From positions 160,001 through 224,000 of the forward strand of contig OZ219871.1 of assembly GCA_964291495.2 (NCBI GenBank): 64,000 nt of DNA, read 5' to 3'. Numbering within the stretch: position 1 is the first letter of the stretch; the number at the start of each line of letters is the position of its first letter. The DNA comes from Dehalococcoidia bacterium. Its GTDB lineage: Bacteria > Chloroflexota > Dehalococcoidia > UBA2979. The notes below the pieces were generated by a model that saw nothing but the letters and a program-made list of their open reading frames with translations, was not told the DNA's origin and ran no database searches. The position numbers and the translations under genes are program-made. Positions 37,786 to 47,214 of this stretch are shown in pieces.

Positions 37786-39798
37786 ATGAACCTCACCGCC
37801 ACCATCGGAGCCGCCGCCGTGCTGACCGCGCTCGCGGCGGCGCTGTTCGCCGTCGGCGCGGCGCTGGCGGCCCTGCGCGGTCGGCCCGAGCTGCTGCTCG
37901 CAGCGCGGCGGGCGCTGCCGGTCGCCGCCGGCTTCACGACGCTCGCGCTCGCCACGCTCGCCTACGCGCTGCTCAACGACGACTTCTCGCTCTCGCACGT
38001 CGCCCAGGTCTCCTCGAGCGAGATGCTGCCGCACATGAAGTGGGCCGCGCTCTACAGCGGGCAGCCGGGCTCGCTGCTGTTCTGGACCTGGCTGCTCTCG
38101 CTGTTCCTCGCCGCATTCGCGCTGATCACCGTGCCGCGCATCCCCTGGGGCTCGGCGGCGGCCGTGGCGATCAGCGGCGGTATCCTCGCCGCCTTCCTGC
38201 TCCCCGTCGCCTTCCTCGCCTCGCCCTTCGAAGTCAGCCCCGTCACGCCCGAGGACGGCGTCGGCCTCAACCCCCTGCTCGTCGACCGCTCGATGCTGGT
38301 CCACCCGCCATTCATGCTCGCCGGGCTGGTCAGCACCTCGGTCCCGTTCGCCCTCGGGGCGGCGGCGCTGCTGTCCGGGCGGATCGACGGGCGCTGGCTG
38401 CGCAGCGTGCGGCACTGGGCGCTGCTCTCCTGGCTGCTGCTCAGCATCGGCAACCTGCTCGGGGCGTTCTGGGCCTACACCACGCTCGGCTGGGGCGGCT
38501 ACTGGGGCTGGGACCCGGTCGAGAACTCGGCGCTCCTTCCGCTGCTCCCGATGACCGCGTTCGTGCACTCGATGATGGTCCAGGAGCGGCGCGGGATGCT
38601 GAAGCTGTGGAACCTCGCGCTGGTCCTCGCGGCCTTCGCGCTCGCCGTCTTCGGAACCTTCAACGTGCGCAGCGGGCTGGTCGCCTCCGTGCACTCGTTC
38701 GCCGTCTCCGACGTGGGACCGTACTTCCTCGCGCTGCTCGGGCTGACCCTGCTCGGCTCGGTCGTGCTGCTGGCGCTGCGCAGCGGGCGGCTGCAGGCCG
38801 AGCACGACTTCGAGTCGCTGGCCTCGCGGGAGAGCTCGCTGATCGTGAACAACTACCTGTTCACGGTGATCGCGCTGATCGTGCTCGGCGGGACGCTCTT
38901 CCCCGTCTTCTCCGAGTTGCTGCAGGACGCGCGCATCACCGTCTCCGCGCCGTTCTACAACGACGTCGTCGGCCCGCTGCTCGTCGTGCTGCTGGTGCTG
39001 ATGGCGATCGGCACGGTGCTGCCCTGGCGCCGCGCCTCGCGCGTCACGCTGCTGCGCCGCTTCCGAGGGCCGGTGGCTGTGGCGCTGCTGAGCCTCGCGC
39101 TGCTTGTCACGCTCGGGGTGCGCGACCGCTACGCCCTCGCCGGACTGATCGCAGCCGCGGTGCTGCTCTACGTCACGCTGCGCGAGTTCGCGCTCGGGGC
39201 GCGCGCGCTGCGGGCGGCGAGCGGGCGGCACTGGCCCGCCGCCGTGCTCGCGCTGTTCGAGCGCGACCGGCGTCGCTACGGAGGCTACCTGGTGCACCTC
39301 GGGCTGGCCGTGATGGCGATCGCCGCCGTCTCCTCCAGCGTCTACCAGGAGCAGACACGCGCGCTGGTCGCGCCCGGCGAGTCGTTCGAGATCGGGCGCT
39401 ACAGCCTCGAGTACATCGGCCTGCGCGAGCGCACGGACCTGGCGAACGGCATCGAGTCCGAGGTGGTGTCGCTGCTGCGCGTGCAGGACGGCGGCGAGTT
39501 CGTTGCCGTGCTCGAGCCGGGGCGGCGCTTCTTCCCCAACTTCCCCGGCCAGCCGCTCACGAAGGTGGACATCGAGACGGGCCTGCGCGAGGACCTCTAC
39601 GTCTTCCTCCAGGGCTGGGACTCCGAGGGCGTCGCGGAAATCAGCGCCTTTGTGAACCCGCTGATGATCTGGCTGTGGATCGGGGCCGGCGTCTACGTCG
39701 CGGGCGGCCTCGTGGTCTTCGCACCCGTGCAGGCGCCCGCGACGCAGCGGCGCGAGCTGCCCGCCTCCGGCGCGGCTGGACCGGTTTCGGAGGCCTGA
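37786..39798 (+). CDS. ccmF: cytochrome c heme lyase
   Basis: GLNPLL, HPP, WAY..LGWGGYWGWDPVENS, RSG...SVHSFA, GGYLVHLG, VNPL..WLW.G. Confidence 0.96.
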   Translation: MNLTATIGAAAVLTALAAALFAVGAALAALRGRPELLLAARRALPVAAGFTTLALATLAYALLNDDFSLSHVAQVSSSEMLPHMKWAALYSGQPGSLLFWTWLLSLFLAAFALITVPRIPWGSAAAVAISGGILAAFLLPVAFLASPFEVSPVTPEDGVGLNPLLVDRSMLVHPPFMLAGLVSTSVPFALGAAALLSGRIDGRWLRSVRHWALLSWLLLSIGNLLGAFWAYTTLGWGGYWGWDPVENSALLPLLPMTAFVHSMMVQERRGMLKLWNLALVLAAFALAVFGTFNVRSGLVASVHSFAVSDVGPYFLALLGLTLLGSVVLLALRSGRLQAEHDFESLASRESSLIVNNYLFTVIALIVLGGTLFPVFSELLQDARITVSAPFYNDVVGPLLVVLLVLMAIGTVLPWRRASRVTLLRRFRGPVAVALLSLALLVTLGVRDRYALAGLIAAAVLLYVTLREFALGARALRAASGRHWPAAVLALFERDRRRYGGYLVHLGLAVMAIAAVSSSVYQEQTRALVAPGESFEIGRYSLEYIGLRERTDLANGIESEVVSLLRVQDGGEFVAVLEPGRRFFPNFPGQPLTKVDIETGLREDLYVFLQGWDSEGVAEISAFVNPLMIWLWIGAGVYVAGGLVVFAPVQAPATQRRELPASGAAGPVSEA

Positions 39799-39799
39799 G

Positions 39800-40321
39800 A
39801 TGAGCCCGGCAGTGCGGCGGCGGATCGGGATCGGCGCGGCGGCGGTCGCCGCCGTAGCCATCGTCGCGCTGGCGGCGCTGCTGGCGCTCGCCCCGCCCGG
39901 CGGGGAGGCGAGCGCGCCGGACCCCGAGGCGCAGGCGCTGCAACTCGAACGCCAGCTGCTCTGCCCGAAGTGCACGAACCTGCGCCTCGACCAGTGCGAG
40001 CTGCAGGTCTGCCACGACATGCGCCGCGAGATCCGCGACCAACTCGCAGCGGGGGCGAACAACGACGACGTGCTGCTCTTCTTCTCCAGCCGCTTCGGCG
40101 ACCGCGTGCTGGCCGATCTGCCGCGCTCCGGCTTCAACCTCGTGCTCTTCGGCTGGGTCGGCGGCTCGATCGTGCTCGTCGCCCTCGGAGGCGGCGTGAC
40201 GCTGTGGCGGCTGCGGCGCAGCGCCCGGCCGCTCGCCGCCGCCGGAGCGCCCTCCGAGGTCGACGAGCGCTGGCTCGACGAGCAGCTCGACGCGGGCGGC
40301 GAGGGAGAGGTCGGCGCCTGA
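39800..40321 (+). CDS. ccmH: cytochrome c biogenesis protein CcmH
   Basis: LLCPKC, MRREIRDQL..G, F..RFGD.VL..P. Confidence 0.85.
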   Translation: MSPAVRRRIGIGAAAVAAVAIVALAALLALAPPGGEASAPDPEAQALQLERQLLCPKCTNLRLDQCELQVCHDMRREIRDQLAAGANNDDVLLFFSSRFGDRVLADLPRSGFNLVLFGWVGGSIVLVALGGGVTLWRLRRSARPLAAAGAPSEVDERWLDEQLDAGGEGEVGA

Positions 40322-40608
40322 TGGAGTGGCTGGTCCTGCTGCTGTTCGCCGCGCTGGCAGCGCTGCTGATCGGCCTGCCGCTGCGCCGAGCGCCCGCCGG
40401 GCCGGCCCCCGAGGCGCCCTCGCTGGAGGCGCTGCGCGAGGAGCACGCCCGGCTGCTCGCGGAGCTGCGCGAGCTGGACGACGACGCGGCGAGCGGCCGC
40501 ATCGCCGGCGCTGAGCGGCTCTCGGGGCGGCGCGCGCTCGGGCCCCGCCTGCGCGAGCTGACCGAGATGCTGCGCGCGGAGGGCGACGACGTGCGCGGAC
40601 GGGCGTGA
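40321..40608 (+). CDS. small membrane protein resembling the CcmI N-terminus
   Basis: N-terminal TM ending PL, then L.ELRELD.D..SGRI; coupled to both neighbours. Confidence 0.65.
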   Translation: MEWLVLLLFAALAALLIGLPLRRAPAGPAPEAPSLEALREEHARLLAELRELDDDAASGRIAGAERLSGRRALGPRLRELTEMLRAEGDDVRGRA

Positions 40609-41624
40609 TCCGCGCCATCCCGCTGCTGCTCGCGCTCGCCCTCGGCGGCGCGCTGGCGGGCGCTGCAGCGCCCGCCACGGGGCAGACACCCGACGGCGAG
40701 ATCCGCGGCCGCATCGTGCAGGCCAGCGCGGACGCCCCCGCTCCCGAGGGCATCCCCGTGGAGCTGATCATCCTCGGCGGCGCGAGCGGGCTGGAGACGG
40801 TGAGGACGGTGAGTGGCGAGGGCGGGGCGTTCCTGTTCGAGGCGCCCGCCGATCCGCAACGCACCTACGTCGTGCGCGTCGAGCATCAGGGCGTGCAGTA
40901 CCTCTCGCCGCCGCTGCTGCTCTCCCGCGAGCTGCCCTCGATTGACACCGAGATCACGATCTACGAGGCGACACGGGAGCGCCCCGGCCTGCGCATCGAG
41001 TCGACCCTCGTGACGTTGCTCGCACTCGACCGCGCCGCCGCGCAGCTGACGATCGAGCGCACCGACGAGGTGCTGAACCCCGGTGACCGCATCTACCTGG
41101 GCGACGAGGAGGGCGTGACGCTGCGGCTGCCGCTGCCGGACAACGTTGCGGGGGCGTCCGGCGCGGGCACGGACAGCGGCTTCGTCCTCGAAGGCGGCGT
41201 CCTCGCCGCGACGATCACGCTGCGGCCCGGCGTCACCTCGGTCGTCACGCGCTACGTGGTCGGCTACGATCGCGCCGAGGACGCCTACACCCTGCGTGTC
41301 ACCGCGCCGCTCCCGACAGCGCGCATGGAGATCGAAGTGCCCGCCCGTTTCGTCCAGGACCTCGACCCGCTCGGTGAGAGCGATCGCGCGGACGCGCGCG
41401 AGGTCGCCGGCGAGCGCGTCGAGGTGATCGCACGCGCGGCGGCGCGGCCGGGCGAGAGCGTCAGCGTACGCCTCGAGGGGCTGGCCGGGCGCAACGCCGC
41501 GAACCCGCTGACCGGCCGGGGCGGCGCGCTGATCGGCGTGCTGCTCGCGCTCGTGGTGAGCGGCGGCGGGGCGCTGCTGCTGCGCGCCGGCCTGCGACGC
41601 GCGGGCGTTGGAGCGGACGGGTGA
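40605..41624 (+). CDS. exported protein with carboxypeptidase-regulatory-like (Ig-fold) N-domain and C-terminal TM
   Basis: Signal peptide, GEIRGRIV, G.F.F, Y.VRVEHQGVQY; embedded in the ccm operon. Confidence 0.65.
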   Translation: MIRAIPLLLALALGGALAGAAAPATGQTPDGEIRGRIVQASADAPAPEGIPVELIILGGASGLETVRTVSGEGGAFLFEAPADPQRTYVVRVEHQGVQYLSPPLLLSRELPSIDTEITIYEATRERPGLRIESTLVTLLALDRAAAQLTIERTDEVLNPGDRIYLGDEEGVTLRLPLPDNVAGASGAGTDSGFVLEGGVLAATITLRPGVTSVVTRYVVGYDRAEDAYTLRVTAPLPTARMEIEVPARFVQDLDPLGESDRADAREVAGERVEVIARAAARPGESVSVRLEGLAGRNAANPLTGRGGALIGVLLALVVSGGGALLLRAGLRRAGVGADG

Positions 41625-42295
41625 TCGAGGCGCGCGGGCTGACGAAGCGCTTCGGGAGCGCATTCGCCGTCGACCACGTCTCGTTCGAGGTCGCCGAGGG
41701 CGCGAAGGTCGCGCTACTCGGGGCCAACGGCGCGGGCAAGACGACGCTGCTCGCGCTGCTCTCCACGCTGCTCTCGCCAAGCGAGGGCGAGGCCACCGTG
41801 GCCGGGCACGACCTCGCCTCGGGTGGCTCGGCGCTGCGCGCCTCGATCGGGGTGCTGACGCACCGGCCGATGCTCTACGAGGAGCTGACGCCGGAGGAGA
41901 ACCTGCGCTTCTTCGCGCGCCTCTACTCCGTCGCCGACGCCGACGAGCGCATCGAGGAGCTGCTGCGCGCGGTGGGGCTGTGGCTGCGCCGCGACGAGCC
42001 CACGGCCGTGCTCTCGCGCGGCTACCACCAGCGGCTCGCGATCGCCCGCGCGCTGCTGCACCGCCCGCCCGTGCTGCTGCTCGACGAGCCGGAGACCGGC
42101 CTCGACCGCGAGGCGCTCGATGTGCTGGACCGGCTGGTGCTGCACGCGCCGGGTCTGACGGTGCTCGCCGCCACGCACCTGCGCGATCGCGTCGCCTCCT
42201 GGGCTGACGGCGTGCTGGAGCTGGAGCGCGGGCGGCTGCTCGATGGCGGCGAGGTCACGGAGGCGTCGGGCCTCGCGGCGGGAGCGGCGCGATGA
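41621..42295 (+). CDS. ccmA: heme ABC exporter ATPase
   Basis: GANGAGKTT, LY.ELT.EENL.F, LSRG..QRLA.AR, LLDEP.TGLD. Confidence 0.93.
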   Translation: MIEARGLTKRFGSAFAVDHVSFEVAEGAKVALLGANGAGKTTLLALLSTLLSPSEGEATVAGHDLASGGSALRASIGVLTHRPMLYEELTPEENLRFFARLYSVADADERIEELLRAVGLWLRRDEPTAVLSRGYHQRLAIARALLHRPPVLLLDEPETGLDREALDVLDRLVLHAPGLTVLAATHLRDRVASWADGVLELERGRLLDGGEVTEASGLAAGAAR

Positions 42296-42948
42296 ACGCG
42301 ACCACGGCCGTGCTGCTCAAGGATCTGCGGCTGCTCTGGCGGCAGCGATCGGGCTGGCTCTCCGCAGCGACCTTCGCCGCGATCAGCGTCCTCACCTACT
42401 CGTTCGCGCTCGACCTCGCGACCGGCGAGGTGAAGCCGCTGCTGCCGGGCGTGCTCTGGGTGACGTTCCTCTTCGCCGGGATCATCGCCAGCGGGCGCTC
42501 GTTCGCGGCCGAGGCGGAGCAGGGCACCCTCGACGCGCTGCTCGTCGCCCCGGCGCCGCGATCGGCGATCTACGGCGCGAAGCTGATCAGCAACCTGATC
42601 GCGCTGCTGCTGATCGAGGTGGCCGTACTGGTGATGGCGACTATCCTCTTCAACACCGCCCTGCTCAGCGTGGAGCTGATTGCGATCATGGTGCTCGGCA
42701 CGCTCGGCTACGTCAGCCTGACCACGCTGCTCTCGACCCTCGGGAGCCGCGTGCGCTCGCGCGAGGTGCTGATCCCCGTGCTCGCGCTGCCGCTGCTTAC
42801 GCCGCTGCTGATCGCCGCCGTGCGCGCAACGGGCGGCGCGCTCGATCTGCCGACCGGCGGCGAGCCCTGGCTGCTGCTGCTCGCCGTCGCCACCGCCTGG
42901 TTGGCCCTCGGCAGCGTCCTGCTGTTCCCATTCGTGGCGGAGCAATGA
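42292..42948 (+). CDS. ccmB: heme exporter permease
   Basis: KDLRL, PGVLWV, RSF..E.EQGTLD.L, YGAK, REVL.PVL.LPL..P. Confidence 0.93.
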   Translation: MNATTAVLLKDLRLLWRQRSGWLSAATFAAISVLTYSFALDLATGEVKPLLPGVLWVTFLFAGIIASGRSFAAEAEQGTLDALLVAPAPRSAIYGAKLISNLIALLLIEVAVLVMATILFNTALLSVELIAIMVLGTLGYVSLTTLLSTLGSRVRSREVLIPVLALPLLTPLLIAAVRATGGALDLPTGGEPWLLLLAVATAWLALGSVLLFPFVAEQ

Positions 42949-43745
42949 GCACGCAGTCGCCACCCGCCGCCGCCGCATCGAGGGGCACGGCTGCCCGCTG
43001 GGCGCTGACCGCCCTGCGCCCCATAGTCGCCGTCTACGACGCGCGCTGGACGCTGCTGCCACCGCTCACGGGCGCGGCGATGCTCGCGATGCTCGTCGGC
43101 GCGGTGATCGTCGCGCCGCGCGAGGCGATCGAGGGCGAGGTGCAGCGCCTCTTCTACATCCACGTGCCCTCGGCGATTGCCGCCTACCTCTGCTTCTCGG
43201 TCGTCTTCGCCGCCTCGGTCGCGCTGCTCTGGACGCGCAACCTGCGCTTCGATGCGGTCGCGCGCGCGGCGGCGGGCGTGGGCGTGCTGTTCACGGCGCT
43301 GACGCTGGCCACCGGCGCGATCTGGGGCAAGCCGATCTGGGGCGTGTGGTGGGCCTGGGACGTGAGGCTCACGAGCACCCTCGTGCTGCTGCTGATCTAC
43401 GCCGGCTATCTGTTGGCTCGCAGCCTCTCCGAGCGCACCGACGTGCAAGCCGCCCGCTACGCCGCGGTCTTCGCGATCATCGGCTTCGTCGACATCCCGA
43501 TCATCAACCGCTCCGTGAACTGGTGGCGCACGCTGCACCCCGACCCGATCGTGACACGCATGCCGGGCGACCTGGGGCTGCCGAACTCGATGCTGGCCGT
43601 ATTGATGCTCGGCATGGTGGCGATCACGCTGCTCGCGCTGTGGCTGATGGCGCTGCGCTCCGAGGTCGAGCAGATCGGCGTGCGCAGCGACGACCTGCGA
43701 GGCGAGATCGACCGCCGCGAGGCGCAACGGAGCGGGGCTGCCTGA
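42945..43745 (+). CDS. ccmC: heme exporter / WWD protein
   Basis: FYIHVP.A, TGAIWGKPIWGVWWAWDVRLT, SV.WWRTLHP. Confidence 0.95.
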   Translation: MSTQSPPAAAASRGTAARWALTALRPIVAVYDARWTLLPPLTGAAMLAMLVGAVIVAPREAIEGEVQRLFYIHVPSAIAAYLCFSVVFAASVALLWTRNLRFDAVARAAAGVGVLFTALTLATGAIWGKPIWGVWWAWDVRLTSTLVLLLIYAGYLLARSLSERTDVQAARYAAVFAIIGFVDIPIINRSVNWWRTLHPDPIVTRMPGDLGLPNSMLAVLMLGMVAITLLALWLMALRSEVEQIGVRSDDLRGEIDRREAQRSGAA

Positions 43746-43918
43746 TGGACTACCTGGAGTTCCTGTTCGCCGGCTTCGCGGTGTTCTGGGCCGGGCTCTT
43801 CGTTTACCTGCTCTGGTTGCAGGCGCGGCTGCGCACCGTGCAGCGCGAGCTCAAGCGCCTCGAGGAGCGCCTCGCCGAGAGCGAGCGCGAGGAGGCGGAG
43901 GAGGACGAGGCGCGGTGA
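43745..43918 (+). CDS. ccmD: CcmD family protein
   Basis: 57 aa: MDYLEFLFAGFAVFW..LF.YL then a coiled/charged tail; directly after ccmC. Confidence 0.8.
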   Translation: MDYLEFLFAGFAVFWAGLFVYLLWLQARLRTVQRELKRLEERLAESEREEAEEDEAR

Positions 43919-44865
43919 CGCGCTACCAGTGGCTGCTCGCCGTCACCGTCGGCGCGACGCTGGTGCTGATCGCGATCGGCGCGATCGTGCGCACCACCGG
44001 CTCCGGCCTCGGCTGCCCGGACTGGCCGCTCTGCCACGGCCAGCTCATCCCGCCCGCGGAGCGGACCGCGATCATCGAGTACACGCACCGCACGGCCGCG
44101 GCGATCGTCGGCGCGCTCATCGTCGCGACGGCCGTGGTCACGCTGCGCTACCACCGCTCGGACCGCGCGCTGCGCAACCTCGCGATCGCCTCACTCCCGC
44201 TGCTGGCGCTGCAGGCCTGGCTCGGCAAGGAGACGGTCGAGCGCGAGCTGCCGCCGGAGATCGTGACGCTGCACCTCAGCGGTGCGCTGCTGCTGCTGGC
44301 CGTGCTCGCGCTGATGGCGGCCTTTGCCTTCCTCGGGCCGCGCCGCCGCCGCATCGAGGAGCCACAGCGCGCCGTCTACCTGCGGGTCTCGATCTCGGCC
44401 GCGGTGATGATCGCCGTCGCGCTGATCGCCGGCTCCTACGTCGTCGGGGCCGACGCGACGGAGGCATGCACGGGCTGGCCGCACTGCCCGGAGGCGCCCG
44501 CCCCCTTCATCGACGGCTTGCGCGCGCAGCACATCCACTGGATGCACCGCCTGCTCGCGGCCGCCGCCTTCATCGCCGTGCTGCGCCTGATCTGGCACGC
44601 GCAGGACCTGCCGGAGGCGGACGGGGCGCTGCGCCACGCGGCGTGGGGCCTCGGCGCGCTCTACGGCTCGCAGATTCTGCTTGGCGCCGCGAACATCTGG
44701 ACCGACTTCTCGGCAGGCGTGCGCGCGGCACACCTCGCCGGCGGGGCGGCGACCTGGGGGTTGTGCGTGCTGATCGTGGCGGCCGCGCTGTACTACCCCG
44801 GCCGCAGCGCCGGCGCGCGCTCGCCCGCTACGCTGGCGAGCGGTCGAGACGCCGCCCGTGCGTAG
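43915..44865 (+). CDS. ctaA: heme A synthase (COX15/CtaA)
   Basis: G..VR.TGSGLGCPDWPLC.G, EYTHR, LH, CTGWPHC, HWMHR, AH. Confidence 0.93.
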   Translation: MTRYQWLLAVTVGATLVLIAIGAIVRTTGSGLGCPDWPLCHGQLIPPAERTAIIEYTHRTAAAIVGALIVATAVVTLRYHRSDRALRNLAIASLPLLALQAWLGKETVERELPPEIVTLHLSGALLLLAVLALMAAFAFLGPRRRRIEEPQRAVYLRVSISAAVMIAVALIAGSYVVGADATEACTGWPHCPEAPAPFIDGLRAQHIHWMHRLLAAAAFIAVLRLIWHAQDLPEADGALRHAAWGLGALYGSQILLGAANIWTDFSAGVRAAHLAGGAATWGLCVLIVAAALYYPGRSAGARSPATLASGRDAARA

Positions 44866-45784
44866 CGAGGCATCCGCACAACCCGCCGAGGCAGCCCGGC
44901 GCTCGATGCGGCAGACCGTGCGCGACACGGTGCGCGCCTACGTCGCCCTCGCCAAGCCGCGCATCATCTGGCTGCTGCTGGTCACGACCGTGCCCGCGAT
45001 GGTGCTGGCCGAGCGCGGCTGGCCCTCGACCTGGCTGATCGTCGCCACGCTGATCGGCGGCACGCTCGCCGCCGGAGGCGCCAACGCGATCAACCAGGTG
45101 GCCGACCGCGACATCGACGAGTTGATGCGCCGCACCAGCGCCCGCCCGCTGCCGAGGGGCAACGTGACGCCCTCGCGTGCGCTCGCCTTCGGGCTCGCGC
45201 TCGGGGCGGTCTCGGCGATCTGGCTGAGCCTGACGGTGAACCTGCTCGCGGCCGGACTCGCGATCGGGGCGCTCGGCTTCTACGTGCTCGTCTACAGCTA
45301 CTACCTGAAGCGCAGCACCACGCAGAACATCGTGCTCGGCGGAGCGGCCGGCGCGGCCCCGCCGGTCATCGGCTGGGCGGCCGTGACGGGTCAGGTCGGG
45401 ATCGAGCCGCTGTTCCTGTTCCTGATCGTCTTCTACTGGACGCCCCCGCACTTCTGGGCGCTCGCCCTCGTCTTCTCGGACGACTACGAGCGGGCGGGCG
45501 TGCCGATGCTGCCCGTCGTGCGCGGCGAGGCGGAGACGAAGCGCCAGATCGTCCTCTACACGCTGATGCTGGTCGGCCTCACGCTCGCCTTCACCCTTGT
45601 CGGCGGCCTCTCGCTGATCTACTTCCTGACCGCCGTCGGCGGGGGCGCGGCCTTCCTCTACCTCGCCGTGCGGCTCGCGCGCAGCGAGGGCATCGCGGAC
45701 GCGATGCCGCTCTTCCACTACTCGATCGCCTACCTGGTGCTGCTCTTCGCCTCGGTCGCGGTCGACGAGCTGGTGCTCGGCTAG
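44858..45784 (+). CDS. ctaB: protoheme IX farnesyltransferase (heme O synthase)
   Basis: KPRII.LL, N...DRDID..MRRT..RPLP, LKR.T.QNIV.GG.AG, WTPPHFWAL, DY..AGVPMLP. Confidence 0.96.
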   Translation: MRSEASAQPAEAARRSMRQTVRDTVRAYVALAKPRIIWLLLVTTVPAMVLAERGWPSTWLIVATLIGGTLAAGGANAINQVADRDIDELMRRTSARPLPRGNVTPSRALAFGLALGAVSAIWLSLTVNLLAAGLAIGALGFYVLVYSYYLKRSTTQNIVLGGAAGAAPPVIGWAAVTGQVGIEPLFLFLIVFYWTPPHFWALALVFSDDYERAGVPMLPVVRGEAETKRQIVLYTLMLVGLTLAFTLVGGLSLIYFLTAVGGGAAFLYLAVRLARSEGIADAMPLFHYSIAYLVLLFASVAVDELVLG

Positions 45785-46494
45785 TCCGTCCGTCCCTCGG
45801 CGCGCTCGACCTCATCGACCCAGGCGGGGTGGTGCTCGCGGGCCCAGTCGCGGCGCACGCGCCCGAGCACCATGCCGCGCAGGGACTCGCGCGTGGCGGG
45901 GTGCAGCAGCGCGAGGTAGAGGTGCGCGAGCAGCGGCGGGATCGCCAGTAGCCCGAGCGCCGTGTGCCACGGGAAGACGCTCTCGACGAAGCCGACATCG
46001 AATACCGACTTCGTCATGTAGTTCACGCCGAGCACCGCCCCACTGGCCGCCAGCCCGAGGCTGAGCGTAAGCGAGGCGAGCGCGTTGAGCTTCTGCCCGG
46101 CGTTGAACTTGCCGACGCGCGGCGGCGTCGAGGGCGCTCGCAGCGCTCGCAGCGCGAGGTGCTGGAGCCACAGGTAGTCGTCGAGGCCGGCGCGAGTCAG
46201 CGCGCGCAGGTCGCCCCGCAGCGCGTGCCCGGCGGGCGTGGGCGCGAGCAACGGGCCAAGCACGGCCGCGAGGCCGGCTACGAAGGCCCAGCCGAGCACG
46301 ACGTGCAGCCAGGCGAAGACCCGCACATCGGCGACCTGCAGCGCCTTCGCCTCCGGCCAGAAGTTGGTGACGCCGCTCAGCAGCAGCAGCACGTAGAGCA
46401 CGCCGAGCGTCCAGTGGATGCGCCGCGAGGGCGACTCGAAGCGCTCGATGAAGCGCCCGTCATCGTCGCCGGGCGCGCTCAGGCCTCGATCCAT
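45781..46494 (-). CDS. cytochrome b/b6-domain membrane protein (FdnI-like)
   Basis: ERF....R.IHW, LH, GKFNAGQK, WH, HLYLA; four His on TM helices. Confidence 0.85.
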   Translation of the reverse strand: MDRGLSAPGDDDGRFIERFESPSRRIHWTLGVLYVLLLLSGVTNFWPEAKALQVADVRVFAWLHVVLGWAFVAGLAAVLGPLLAPTPAGHALRGDLRALTRAGLDDYLWLQHLALRALRAPSTPPRVGKFNAGQKLNALASLTLSLGLAASGAVLGVNYMTKSVFDVGFVESVFPWHTALGLLAIPPLLAHLYLALLHPATRESLRGMVLGRVRRDWAREHHPAWVDEVERAEGRTD

Positions 46495-47147
46495 GCGTCG
46501 ACGCGCCAGCCGCGCTCCTCCCAGTAGCCGATGTCGCGGCGGTCGCGGAACTCGATGCGGGTGAGCCACTTCGGGCCCTTGTAGCCGTACATGCGCGGCA
46601 TGATCAGCCGCGCGGGCGGGCCGTGGTCGGCTGGCAGCTCCGCCCCGTTCATGCGGTAGGCCACCAGCACGTCCGGCAGCAGCGCCTGCTCCAGCGTCAG
46701 CGAGTCGCGGTAGATCTCGCCGAGCGAGTGGAAGGTGACAAAGCCCGCCTCCGGCCCGGGCCGCACGAGGTCAACGATCGTCTGCAGCGAGACGCCGTCC
46801 CACTGCACGTCATCGACGCCCCAGCCCTCGACGCAGTGGAAGTCGCTGACCTGCCGCACGGCGGGCAGCGCCAGCAGCTCGCCGTAGCTGAGCGTGAGGG
46901 GCTGCTCGACGAGGCCGTCGATGGTGAGCCGGTAGGCGGTGGCGTCGAACTGCGGCCGGGGCTGCTCAACGGTGTTGATGCGCCAGCCGCCGGTCAGCGA
47001 GCCCAGCGCCTTCACCGCGGCCCAGCCCGCCACGGCGCCGCCGGCGAGCAGCGCGAGGAAGCGCCCTCGGGAGAGCACGCGGCCGGCGAGGGCGGCCGCG
47101 CCTTGATCGCCGGTCCGGCGCGTTGTTCCGGAGGTTCGCTCACTCAT
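46479..47147 (-). CDS. sulfite-oxidase-family molybdopterin oxidoreductase (MsrP/YuiH-like)
   Basis: L.IDGLV..P, DFHCVEGW, W.GV, HG.P.RL..P..YGYK..KW, GYWEERG. Confidence 0.92.
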   Translation of the reverse strand: MSERTSGTTRRTGDQGAAALAGRVLSRGRFLALLAGGAVAGWAAVKALGSLTGGWRINTVEQPRPQFDATAYRLTIDGLVEQPLTLSYGELLALPAVRQVSDFHCVEGWGVDDVQWDGVSLQTIVDLVRPGPEAGFVTFHSLGEIYRDSLTLEQALLPDVLVAYRMNGAELPADHGPPARLIMPRMYGYKGPKWLTRIEFRDRRDIGYWEERGWRVDAWIEA

Positions 47148-47214
47148 CAGCCGTGGCCTGCCCGTCCGCCGTCACAACCAGCGTATCAGCGCGGGGCCAC
47201 CCGGCGGGCGGCGG

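Noticed and set aside
47050-47090. Tat signal on the molybdo-oxidoreductase
   Set aside because: The motif is SRGRFL rather than twin-Arg SRRxFL, so export cannot be asserted
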